Part shown: one piece after another, positions 33,180 through 45,700 of the stretch
Numbering within the stretch: position 1 is the stretch's first letter
Layout of the letters: every line of letters starts with the position of its first letter
Assembly (NCBI GenBank): GCA_963728205.1
Contig: CAVSIV010000002.1
Location: 224,001 to 288,000, forward strand
Reading direction: 5' to 3'
Source of the DNA: an uncultured Chloroflexia bacterium
GTDB taxonomy: Bacteria > Chloroflexota > Dehalococcoidia > UBA2979
DNA length: 64,000 bases
Made by a program: the position numbers and the translations under genes
The notes under the pieces: model-generated
Databases searched by the model: none
What the model was told of the DNA's origin: nothing
The model's input: only the letters and a program-made list of their open reading frames with translations

Positions 33180-34520
33180 ATGGAGCGTCGCGTGCGCCAC
33201 CGCTGGATCGTCGTACTTCTTGCCGCGTGCGCGCTGGTGGTCGTACTCGCCGCCTCCGCGGCTTCGGCGGCGACCGAGGCCTTCCCACCCGGCACCTACG
33301 GCTACGACCGCTCGTGGCCGGAGTGCGGCCTCTCCGCTCCGCCGCCGCCCTACGACTTCGGCATCATCGGCGTGAACGGCGGCAAGACGTTCAACTACAA
33401 CTCGTGTCTCCGCGAGGAGTACGCGTGGGCGATGGCCAGCGGCCATCAGCCGGCGCTCTACGTGAACCTCAAGTCGCCGATCGGGACCAGCGCCGACCAG
33501 GGGCTGACCGGCCCGAAGGGCACCTGCCAGCCGAGCGACGGGGCCTGCATCGCCTACAACTTCGGCTACAAGGCCGCGCAGGACGCCGCCATCTACGCGG
33601 CGACGCAGCAGGCGTTCGGGTCGTCGTGGTGGCTCGACGTCGAGACCGAGAACACGTGGTCGACCGACACGGCGATGAACGCGCTGGTGATCGGCGGGGC
33701 GCTCGACTTCCTGCGGACCTCGGGCGTGACGGTCGGGATCTACTCGAGCCAGGTGCAGTGGGTGCAGATCGCCGGCGACTACGCGCCGGGCGTGCCGGTA
33801 TGGGTGACGACCGCGCCCGACGCCGCGTCCGCGCCCGGCTTCTGCCCGCGCTCGTTCGGCGGCGGGCAGACGGCGCTGGTGCAGTTCATCGCCGGCAACC
33901 GTGATCACGACTACGCGTGCACGGCGGCGGACCGCGCGAAGGTCGTGGCGTCGGCGCCGCTGGGGGCGCCCGGGTCGCCGGCCGTGGTGACGACGGACGG
34001 CGGCTGCCTCAACGTGCGCGACACGCCGGGCTTCGTCGGGCGGCGGGTGACGTGCCTGGCGCAGGGGTCGCAGGTCACGGTGCTGGCCGGCGCGCAGACG
34101 CAGGACGGCTACGAGTGGCGACAAATCTCCGCCGGCGGCGCGACGGGGTGGGTCGCGGGCACGTACCTGCGCGCGGGGACGGCGAGCGCGGGCGACACCG
34201 GGACCGTGGGCACCGGGACCGGCGGGACGGACACGACGGGTGCGGGCGCCGGCGGGGGCACGACGGGAGCCGGCAGCACGAGCGGCACGCTGACCCCGCC
34301 GCCGGTGGCGTCCGGGGTGAACGCGGCGGAGTGGGGCGGCGGCACGCTTGCCGATCTCGTCGCGCGGGCGCCGCGGGCGGTCTCGATCTGGGTGTTCGAG
34401 GGCGGGAAGGCCTACGGCGACATCCCCGGTGCGCCGGCGTACGTGAACGCGTCGTTCGTCGCACTGTTCCCGGGCGGGGTGCTGCCGGCGGGAACGATCG
34501 TGCTCGTCGTGCTGCCGTAG
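33180..34520 (+). CDS. Secreted protein: GH25/DUF1906-like domain + SH3b + Gly/Thr linker + C-terminal IPGAP domain
   Basis: Signal peptide; GYDRSWPEC, WWLDVE, VGIYS, LVQF; LNVRDTPG..GWV; C-terminal GVN..SIW..IPGAPAYVN. Confidence 0.78.
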   Translation: MERRVRHRWIVVLLAACALVVVLAASAASAATEAFPPGTYGYDRSWPECGLSAPPPPYDFGIIGVNGGKTFNYNSCLREEYAWAMASGHQPALYVNLKSPIGTSADQGLTGPKGTCQPSDGACIAYNFGYKAAQDAAIYAATQQAFGSSWWLDVETENTWSTDTAMNALVIGGALDFLRTSGVTVGIYSSQVQWVQIAGDYAPGVPVWVTTAPDAASAPGFCPRSFGGGQTALVQFIAGNRDHDYACTAADRAKVVASAPLGAPGSPAVVTTDGGCLNVRDTPGFVGRRVTCLAQGSQVTVLAGAQTQDGYEWRQISAGGATGWVAGTYLRAGTASAGDTGTVGTGTGGTDTTGAGAGGGTTGAGSTSGTLTPPPVASGVNAAEWGGGTLADLVARAPRAVSIWVFEGGKAYGDIPGAPAYVNASFVALFPGGVLPAGTIVLVVLP

Positions 34521-34723
34521 CGATCAGGCGATCCGCGACTCGGCGGTCTCTTCGGCGCGGCGCATGCTCTTCGCGGGAACTGGGACGCGAGGCGCCGCCC
34601 CTCGCTCCGGGTGGCGGCGTGAACGCGACCCGCGCAGCGCGAACGCCGCGAGCGCCGACCGGCGCTGAACGGCGCTTGTGACTGGCGGAGCAACGACAGA
34701 CGCTGTACACAGATCCGGCGCAT

Positions 34724-34799
34724 GCGGGGGTAGCTCAGCTGGTAGAGCGTCTGCCTTCCAAGCAGAAGGTCGCGGGTTCGAGACCCGTCCCCCGCTCCA
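34724..34799 (+). tRNA. tRNA-Gly (TCC)
   Basis: 76-nt cloverleaf; anticodon arm tctgc-cttccaa-gcaga; GGTTCGA T-loop; encoded CCA. Confidence 0.97.
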
Positions 34800-34905
34800 C
34801 TCTCATCAGCCCGGTTGCGTGAAGTGTCGGTAGCCAGGCGACGGCGCCGTGCCGCACGCGCCGCGCCGCCCGCGCCGCGCCGCTCGTGGTGGGGCGGGCG
34901 TGCGA

Positions 34906-34931
34906 AGGGGGCGGCCGGTCGGCCGCCCCCT
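34906..34931 (-). terminator. GC hairpin downstream of surface protein A
   Basis: agggggcggccg-gt-cggccgccccct; the paralogous hairpin at 37828-37855 shows a compensatory change; U-tract is weak. Confidence 0.6.
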
Positions 34932-34954
34932 CGTTGCGCCTGTCCGGTCAGCGA

Positions 34955-37572
<2,618 letters not shown>

Positions 37573-37827
37573 GGGAGCCTCTGTTCTTGCAGACAAATGC
37601 ACTGCGGCAAAGGGCGATGGATATCTGTTGCTGACGCTAGGCCGAATGTCGAGCGATTCCTGTTGTCGAAGGTCCTCGACGCGGCGGACGAACGTCGCCC
37701 GTCGCCTCCTCCGACGGGTGAACCGTGCTCTGGTTGACGGCGCACGCGAGGTTGCCCGTGGCCGATCCGCCACGGGCCGAGGAGCGGCGCACCGCATCGC
37801 ACGTCCCGGGATGTTGCGGGCACAAGA

Positions 37828-37855
37828 GAGGGGACGGCCGACCGGCCGTCCCCTC
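37828..37855 (-). terminator. GC hairpin downstream of surface protein B
   Basis: gaggggacggccg-ac-cggccgtcccctc. Confidence 0.6.
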
Positions 37856-37877
37856 GTCGCACCCGTCCGATCAGCGA

Positions 37878-40437
37878 CTAGCTGAAGGGGCAGGCCGGCA
37901 CGTTCGCCAGTCGCCACGCGCCCTGCGCGTTGCGCTGGAACATCCACTCCTGGTTCATCAGTTGGACGGCACCGCCCGGTGCGTGCACGCCCAGGTGCAC
38001 CTGCACGCTCGCCGACTGGCCGTCCGCGCTGAAGGCGATCGTGCGACCGAGGACGTTGTACCCGGCACCGGCCGGGACGCAGGACGCGAGCTGCAGGCGC
38101 TGCTGATCGCGCGTCTGCAGCTGCGTCTGGTCCTGGGTGCAGGTCGCGTCACCGTCGCACGAGGCGAGGCGCAGGCGGTCGCTGTCGCGCAGTCGCACGG
38201 CATAGACCGTCGCGTCGATGGCTGCCATCACGCCGGCCGTGTCGTTGCCGGCGTCCGGGGCCTCCATGAAACCGAGCGACGGGTTGCCGTAGCCGGCAGC
38301 CACCTGCGCCCACACGACGTCATACGGCTGAATCTGGCTCAGCGTGTTGACGCCGGCGGGACCGCCCGGGATCCACGTCTGCCACGTGCCGCTCGCCGCG
38401 TCGTACTTCGACGCGGAGGTGACGGAGTCACCCAGCTGCAGGAACAGCTCGTGCGGGGCCCATGGCGCGGTTGGCCGTCACGCCGATGGCGTTCAGGCCG
38501 GCACGCAGCGTCTGCTGGCGCAGTCCGCTCGCCGGCGGCACGACGTCCGTCGCCTCGTACTGGATCTGCGCGCCATCGCGCAGCCGCACGATCACGACGT
38601 CACGCGAGCGGAGCTGCGTGAGCGTTTGCACCACGGCCGGGGCGCCGGGGATGTACGACTCGAGCATCTGCGTCTCGGCGTTGAACCGGAACATGGTCTC
38701 GAGCTGGTTCTGGAACTGCGCCGCGAACTGCTGCGGGGTCGTCCCATCCGCACCCGTGAAGGTGAGGTAGTTCAGGCCGCCGCCCAGCACACGCGCCGTT
38801 GCGGGGAGCTCGAACAGCGCGTACAGCGACAGGTGGTTCGTGGTGAACGTCACCGTGCCATCGTCCGCGACGGTCGTCGGAACCTTGACCCAGCCCGCGG
38901 TCTCATCCCAGCGGAGGACCTGAACGCGGTCGAGGTTGCTCGACGCCGGGTCGATCTGCACCGAGATCGCGATGTCCTCATCGAACGAGGTGACCGCGGT
39001 GCCGGAGCTGTCGAGCACCTGGATGTCGTACGTGGTCCCACCGATGGAGAGCAGCCCCTGCACCGGGTGGTGCAGCGGGTGCGCCAGGGCGGTCTCGAGG
39101 TCGACCGAGGTGGTCAGGACGTGGATCGAGCCCTGCGACTTGAGACCTTTGATCGGGATCGAAATCTTGACGTGACCGTCCGCCGACGTTGCGACGAGCG
39201 TCTGCTCGCCGTCGACGAGCGTGGCGTCCGTTGCGGGGTCGAGGGTCGCGTCGATGGTGCTGCCGGCGCCGCCCTGGCCCGGAACCGGGACGGCGACGCC
39301 GCCGCCGGTCGCGGGCGGAGTGGTCCCGCCGGTCGCGGGCGGCGTGGTCCCGCCACCGTCGCTCGGCGGAGGCGTGGTCCCGCCGCCACTTGCGGCCGCG
39401 ACCGTGACGGTCACGTTGCCGATGTCGGTCAGTGCGCCGTCGGAGACGGTGTACGTGAACGACTCTGTGCCGACGAAGCCGGATTTCGGCGTGTAGACGA
39501 TCGACTTCGCGTCGGACGCAATCGTCGCCGTGCCCTGCAGGCTGCCGATGCCGGCCACCGTCAGGGCGTCGCCATCGGCGTCGGTGTCGTTGGCCAGCAC
39601 GGCGAGCGAGTTGCTCGTCGTGTTGGACGTGACGGTGAACGAGTCGTCGACGGCCACCGGCGCGGTGTTGCTCTCGCCGCCGCCGCCGCCGCCGCCGCCA
39701 CCGCCGGACGAGTCGGCCACCACGACGGCGATCGTCGCGGTGTGCGCGGCGAACGTCCCGAGGTCGGTTCCGGTCACCTCGACGGTGGGCACGGTCGCCG
39801 TCAGCGTGTACGTGCCGGCCACGGCGGGCCGCCAGTTGTATCCATAGACGACGCGGCCGGTGGCGTTGAGCTCGGCCGTGAACGCGACCGACTCGGTCGC
39901 CGGGCCCGTGATGTTCAGCGTGACGCCCGCGTCCCAGACGCCCACTTCGCTGAACGGCGTGACGCCGGAGCCGTCGGCGGTGCCGTACGCCGAGTCGCGG
40001 TCTTCGAGCTCCGGCTGGAGCTTGACGACCGTGAAGCCCGTCATGCTGTACGCCGTCGGGTCCGCGAGCAGCGCGAGCTCGACGCGGGCCGGGCTCCCGA
40101 CCTTCAGGGACGCGGAGCCGGCGAGGTTGTCGCCCCAGGCGGCCGTGGCCGTCATCGTGTTGTCCGCCGCGACGTCGCAGTCGGCCTGCCACGTCGCCTC
40201 GCCCTGGACCCAGTAGCCCGGGTACGTGCTCGAAACCTGGGCGGGATCTGGCAGCACGGTGTCGTCAGCGGCCGTGCATGCCATGCTGCCGACGCCGACG
40301 CTCGGCACGAAGATCGTCGGGATCGACAGGTTGTTGGCGACTGTCGTTTCCTGCGCGAGTCCCGTCTGCGGTCCGACTATGGCGGCCGCGAGGATCAGGG
40401 CGCCCGCCGCTGCGTGTCGCCATCTGATTGCACGCAT
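37878..40437 (-). CDS. Secreted modular surface protein B (tandem paralog of A); one frameshift near 38455
   Basis: MRAIRWRH signal; ANNLSIP..WGDNL..GRVVYGYNW; NTAPVAVDDSF..NDTDADGD..FTYTVSDG; HPLHHP; TTNHLSLY; YIPGAP; NVPACPFS. Confidence 0.85.
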
Positions 40438-40625
40438 GCAATCCTCACCTTTCTCAGGCATTGCTGATGTGCGGGGCGTTCGAGGCGATCCTGAAGATAG
40501 GCTGAGTGTCGACCGGCCAAGACCGGCCAACGTCGGTCGATGGCGTTGACGAAGGTCGTTCGGCGAGCCGGGCAAGTCATAGTCGTAAACCGGGACTTTG
40601 GCGGGGCCGGACGACCGGACCGACC

Positions 40626-42416
40626 TCACGCCGGCGTGGCGGCCTCCGCAATCGTGCGTCGCCACCGGTCTGCGTCGAAGCGCGGCGACGGGTCGACGGC
40701 GGAGCGTCGCAGCTTCCCCAGCGCGTCGCGGGGGAGCGGCGCGTCGCTGAGGACGACGTCCCCCACGCGCTCGCGCGGCGGCCATGCGCGCATCCGCGCG
40801 GCGACGGCGGTGCGGACGCGTTCGGCGATCTGCCCGGCGTCGCCGGCGCCCGAAGGATCGGCGCGCGGCCCCGGGCGCACCACCGCGACGAGCCTCCATG
40901 GATCGGTCAGCGCGACGACGCACGCCTCGGCGACCTCCGGCAGCGCGGCGAGCGACGCGTCGAGCGCCGCGAGCGGGACCTGCTCGCCGTCCGGCGCGCT
41001 GACCGAGTCGCTCACGCGACCGGTCACCCAGAGCGTGCCGTCGGGCTCGACGCGCCCCAGGTCGCCCGTGTGGAGCCAGCCGTCACGGAGGACGGCGGCG
41101 GTGGTCGCGGCGTCGCCGAGGTAGCCCCGCATCAGGTTGCGCCCCGCGACGAGGATCTCGCCGACGCCGGGCGGCAGGCCGGGGAGCGCGCAGATGCGCA
41201 CGCGCACGCCGTCGAGCGGGGTGCCGACGCTCTGCAGGCGTCGCATCGCCCGGCGCGACCACCACGGTCCGCGCGCCCGCCAGCGGTTCACGGAGACCAC
41301 CGGCCCCGCCTCGGTGAGCCCGTATCCCTGGATGAGTGGAATGCCCCATCCCGCCGCGTCGGCCGACAACGCCGGCGGCAGCGCCGCCGCGCCGCTGACG
41401 GCGTAGCGCACGCGACCCCCGAGCGCGCGCCGCACCTGCGGCGCGATGAGCCTCGCGCCGTTGATGCCGGTGGTGCTCACGAGCCGGCGGTTCAGCGCGA
41501 GGGCCGCCACCAGCGCCGCTCCCCGCGCTCGATTGCGATGGGCGCGTCGTCGCGCCTGGCGAAACACGCTCTCGAACAGGAGCGGCACGCCGAGCACGAC
41601 CGTGGGGCGTGCGGCTCGGAGCCGGGAGGCGACGAAGCGCGGCCGCGGCTCGAGTTCGACGCGCACGCCCGCGCCGATCGCGGCGACGGCAGCGACCGTC
41701 AGCGCGAAGCCGTGGTGCAGGGGGAGCGGCACGAAGACTCGGTCGCCCGGACCGATGCCCGCGGCGGCGGCGATTCCCGCGGCGTCGAAGACGAGCGCGT
41801 CGTGCGTGATCATGACGCCCTTCGGCGGACCGGTCGTGCCGGCCGTGAACAGGACGACCGCGACATCCGTGGGTGCGGGCGCCACGCCCGCCGCCCGTCC
41901 CACGCCCGCGCCGGGCGGCGCGAGGGCGCCGAGCCGCACGCGCGCCAGCGGCAGCGGGCAGCGTGCGAGGAACCGTGCGTCTCCCACCGCGGCCACGGCG
42001 CGCGTTCGCGCGGCGATCTCCTCCACCCGTGAGACGGGCGCGTCGGCATCGACGGGCACGGCGGTGCCGCCCGCGACGCCGATGGCGTAGAGCGCCGCGA
42101 TCCAGCTCGCCGAGGCGCGCCCGCCGAGGAGGATCGACGCGCCGGCGTCGAGGCCGCACAGCGCGGCGGCGCACGCATCGGCGCGGCCGGTGAGCTCGTG
42201 GTAGGTGACGGCCTCCAGCGCGTCGCCGTCCGCGGCGGGGCCGTGCACGGCGATCGCGTCGCCGTAGCGCGCGGCGGCGCGATGGAGCAGCTCGGGCAGC
42301 GTGCGCGGTCGGTCCCGCGTGAACAGATCCGGCGGCGCGGGCGAACGATGCGGCGGCCAGCCAATCACGGCCTCGACCTCGCGCTGGCGCGCGCCGACGG
42401 GTGCGACGGGCGCCAC
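40626..42416 (-). CDS. AMP-binding enzyme, long-chain acyl-CoA synthetase-like
   Basis: LFTAGTTGPPKGVM, QGYGLTE, GWLHTGDLG, GKLRR; start uncertain. Confidence 0.85.
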   Translation of the reverse strand: MAPVAPVGARQREVEAVIGWPPHRSPAPPDLFTRDRPRTLPELLHRAAARYGDAIAVHGPAADGDALEAVTYHELTGRADACAAALCGLDAGASILLGGRASASWIAALYAIGVAGGTAVPVDADAPVSRVEEIAARTRAVAAVGDARFLARCPLPLARVRLGALAPPGAGVGRAAGVAPAPTDVAVVLFTAGTTGPPKGVMITHDALVFDAAGIAAAAGIGPGDRVFVPLPLHHGFALTVAAVAAIGAGVRVELEPRPRFVASRLRAARPTVVLGVPLLFESVFRQARRRAHRNRARGAALVAALALNRRLVSTTGINGARLIAPQVRRALGGRVRYAVSGAAALPPALSADAAGWGIPLIQGYGLTEAGPVVSVNRWRARGPWWSRRAMRRLQSVGTPLDGVRVRICALPGLPPGVGEILVAGRNLMRGYLGDAATTAAVLRDGWLHTGDLGRVEPDGTLWVTGRVSDSVSAPDGEQVPLAALDASLAALPEVAEACVVALTDPWRLVAVVRPGPRADPSGAGDAGQIAERVRTAVAARMRAWPPRERVGDVVLSDAPLPRDALGKLRRSAVDPSPRFDADRWRRTIAEAATPA

Positions 42417-42732
42417 GCCACGCTACGCGCCTGCGCGACGGACGGACACCGCGCATGGTCCCCTTTCACGCGTCCGAACGTCCCCGGCGCGGGAGACCAT
42501 CCGCGCCGTTGGATTTCGTTGTGGCTCCGTGGGTGCGCGGCGGTACGCAGGCACGCGCCCGGTCGGGCGGGTGACGAAAGGCAATGTGCGAGGGGGCGGT
42601 TCGGGCGACCTTTGCCGAAGGGTTACATGACGTTCGCCGGGATTGCCCAGACCACTCTCAGATTACTTTCATCGAGACGCCCCGATCTGCGCGCCCCGCA
42701 CTCCGCGCCCCGATGAGTAGGCAGGCACCTTC

Positions 42733-45700
42733 ATGGGCCGGTTCAGGTGGCAGTATGGCCTGATCGGCGTCGTCGCCCTCCTGTGCGCGATGCTGATCAC
42801 CCGGGCGTCGGTCGCCGAAGAGACCGAGGGACCGGGCAACAACCTTTCGACGCCGGCGATCTTCGCCGAGGGCATCGGCATCACGGGCATCCCGATTGCA
42901 GGCAGCGCCGTCAACACGGGGCTGCGGAACTGCGTCAACAACGCGACGGGGGACTGGGGCACGCCGCTCACGTCCCTCACGCTCCCGGACGGCAGTCCGT
43001 ACCCGCTCCCCGGCGCGTACTACCTCCAGAACCTGGAGGTCACCGACCCGGGCGGCGGCTGCTGGATGGCCGACTGGGTCGACGGCGCCGCGCTGGCGCC
43101 GGCGAACGTCGACCGCGCCGACTGGGGCGACAACCTCGTCCGCGTCGGCTACACGGACGCGCAGGGACCCGTGCGCGTCGAGGTCACGCTCTACGACGAC
43201 AGCCCGGTCGACGGCAGCGGCGCGGCGCTCACCGGTTACCCGGTGGAGAAGCTGTACCCGCCGGCGACGGAGGAGGGCGGCGGGCAGGGCAACGGCAGCG
43301 GCTCTGCCGTGGCCGCGCAGCAGGGACCGGGGGCCGGCCAGGGCGCGGGGGGCTCCGGCGGCTCGGGCGGCTCGGGTGACGGCGGCGGGGCCGGCAACGG
43401 AAACGGGGCCGGCGGTCCGACCGGAGACACGGGCGGCTCCGGCGGCACCGACGGCAGTGGTGGTAGTGGTGGCTCCGGCGGCACGGGTGGCAACGGTGCC
43501 GGCGGCGGCAACGGCGCGGGCGGTCCCGGGGGTGGTGGCGGCGGCGAGCCGACCACGACCCCGGGCGCAGCGCCTCTCGAGTACTACGGCACCACCGGCG
43601 TGCGCAGCGTGGCCACCACCGGCACCGTCTACTCGAACAACGCGCGCTTCCGCATCGACCGGCTCGACTGGGCCGGCGACGAGGCGGACTCGCCGCGTGG
43701 TCAGATCCCCGACACGCTCGACCCCGCATACGCGGCGCGCGTCGCCGAGACCGTCGTCGACCAGGCGGCGCCCTCCGAGGTCAACCAGAGCGGCCGCATC
43801 GTCTACGGCTACAGCTGGTTCGGCATCTCCGAGCCGGGCTGGTACCGCGTCACGTTCAGCCTCGACGCGGAGCGCGGCGGCGTCGCGCGCAACGCCGACA
43901 TCCTTGGGCTCGACCCGCTCGACCTCGTCGCGGACGAGAGCGAGGGCGGTACGACCGACAGCGGCAAGAAGGCGTACTTCCCGCCGACCCTGGCTCACGG
44001 CCAGGACGGCGTCGGCTACACGTACGTCGACGTCTACATCACGGCGGGCACCACCGACGGCGGCGGCGGCGGTGACGAGGGCGCGGGCAACAACCTCGGG
44101 GTCCCGGTGGTCTTCGCGGAGGGTCTGGGCCTCACCGGCGTGGTGGTCGCGGGCGACCCCGTCAACGCGGGGCTGCGCTCCTGCACCGACAACGCCGTCG
44201 GCGACTGGGGCGCCCCGGTTTCGCAGATTGCGCTTCCCGACGGCAGCGTCTACCCGCTGACGAGCCCGTACTTCCTGAACGGGCTGGAGGTCGCGGACGC
44301 GGGCGGCGCCTGCTGGATGGCCGACTTCGTCGACAACGCCGGCGGACCGCCGGTGCCGGTCGACCGCGCGGACTGGGGCGACAACCTCGTCCGCGTCGCA
44401 CACAGCGACGCGCAGGGCCCGGTCCACGTGGAAGTCACCCTGTACGACGACACGCCGCTCGACGGCGGCGGCGCGGCGCTCACGGGCTACCCGATGGCGA
44501 AGCTCTACCCGCCGACCAGCGAGGAAGAGGACGGCAAGCCCGCGGACCAGGGCGGTGAGCGGCCGTACGAGGTCTACGGCACCGCCGCGGTCGGCGGCGC
44601 CGGCGTGCGCACCGCCGCCACGAGCGCGACGGTCTTCTCCCACAATGCGCAGATCCGCGTCGACCGTCTGACCTGGAACATGGACGAGGCGACCGCTCCG
44701 ACCGGATCGATCCCGGCCACGCTCGCGCCCGGCTACGCGACGTGGGTCGCGCAGACGATCAGCAACGCGCCCGCCGCCGCGGAGACCAACCAGGCGGGGA
44801 AGGTCGTCTACGGCTACAACTGGTTCAGCATGCCGGCCGCGGGCTGGTATCGCGTCACGTTCAGCGTCGACGCCATGCGCGACGGCGTCGCGCGCAACGT
44901 CGACATCCTCGGCCTCGACCCGCCCGACCTCGTCGCGGACGAGAGCGAGGGCGGCAGCACCAGCAGCGGCAAGAAGGCGTACTACCCGCCGACGCTCGCG
45001 CACGCCGCGGACGGCAGCGCATACACGTACGTCGACGTCTACATCGCGGGCGACGGCGCGACCGGCCAGCTGACCGGCAGCGTGACCGACGCCCTGGGTG
45101 TTGCGTTGAGCAGCCTCCAGGTCGAGGTCTACGACCTCGACGGCGCGCAGGTCGCCACGCTCGTGACGGCGGACGACGGCACCTTCTCGGGTGCCCTGAC
45201 GGATGGTTCCTACAAGGTGAAGATCGTCGACCCCAGCGGCACGTTCGCCGACGCCTGGTACGACGGCAAGGCGAGCTTCGCGACGGCCCAGACCGTGACG
45301 GTGCCGAGCGCCACGGGCATCACCGCGCGGATGAATCGCATCGGGTCGAACGACCCGCCGCGCGCGACCGACGACCACTTCACGGTCGCGACCGGGAGCG
45401 TCGACAACGTGCTCGCCGTGCTGGCGAACGACGTCGATCCCGATGGCGACGACCTGGTGATGGCGTCGCTCGCGACCGACACGCTGCAGGGCAGCGCGGC
45501 GATCAGCGCCGACGCGCGAAGCGTGCGCTACTCGCCGCCTGCCGGGCTCACCGGGACCGAGACGTTCGCGTACACGGCGAGCGACGGGCACGGGGGCGAG
45601 TCCACGGCGTCCGTGACGGTCACCGTGACGCAGCTCCCGTCGCTGCCGCCGACGCCGCCGGCGCCGCCGTCGGGCGGCGGTGCGCCCGGCGCGCCGGTCC

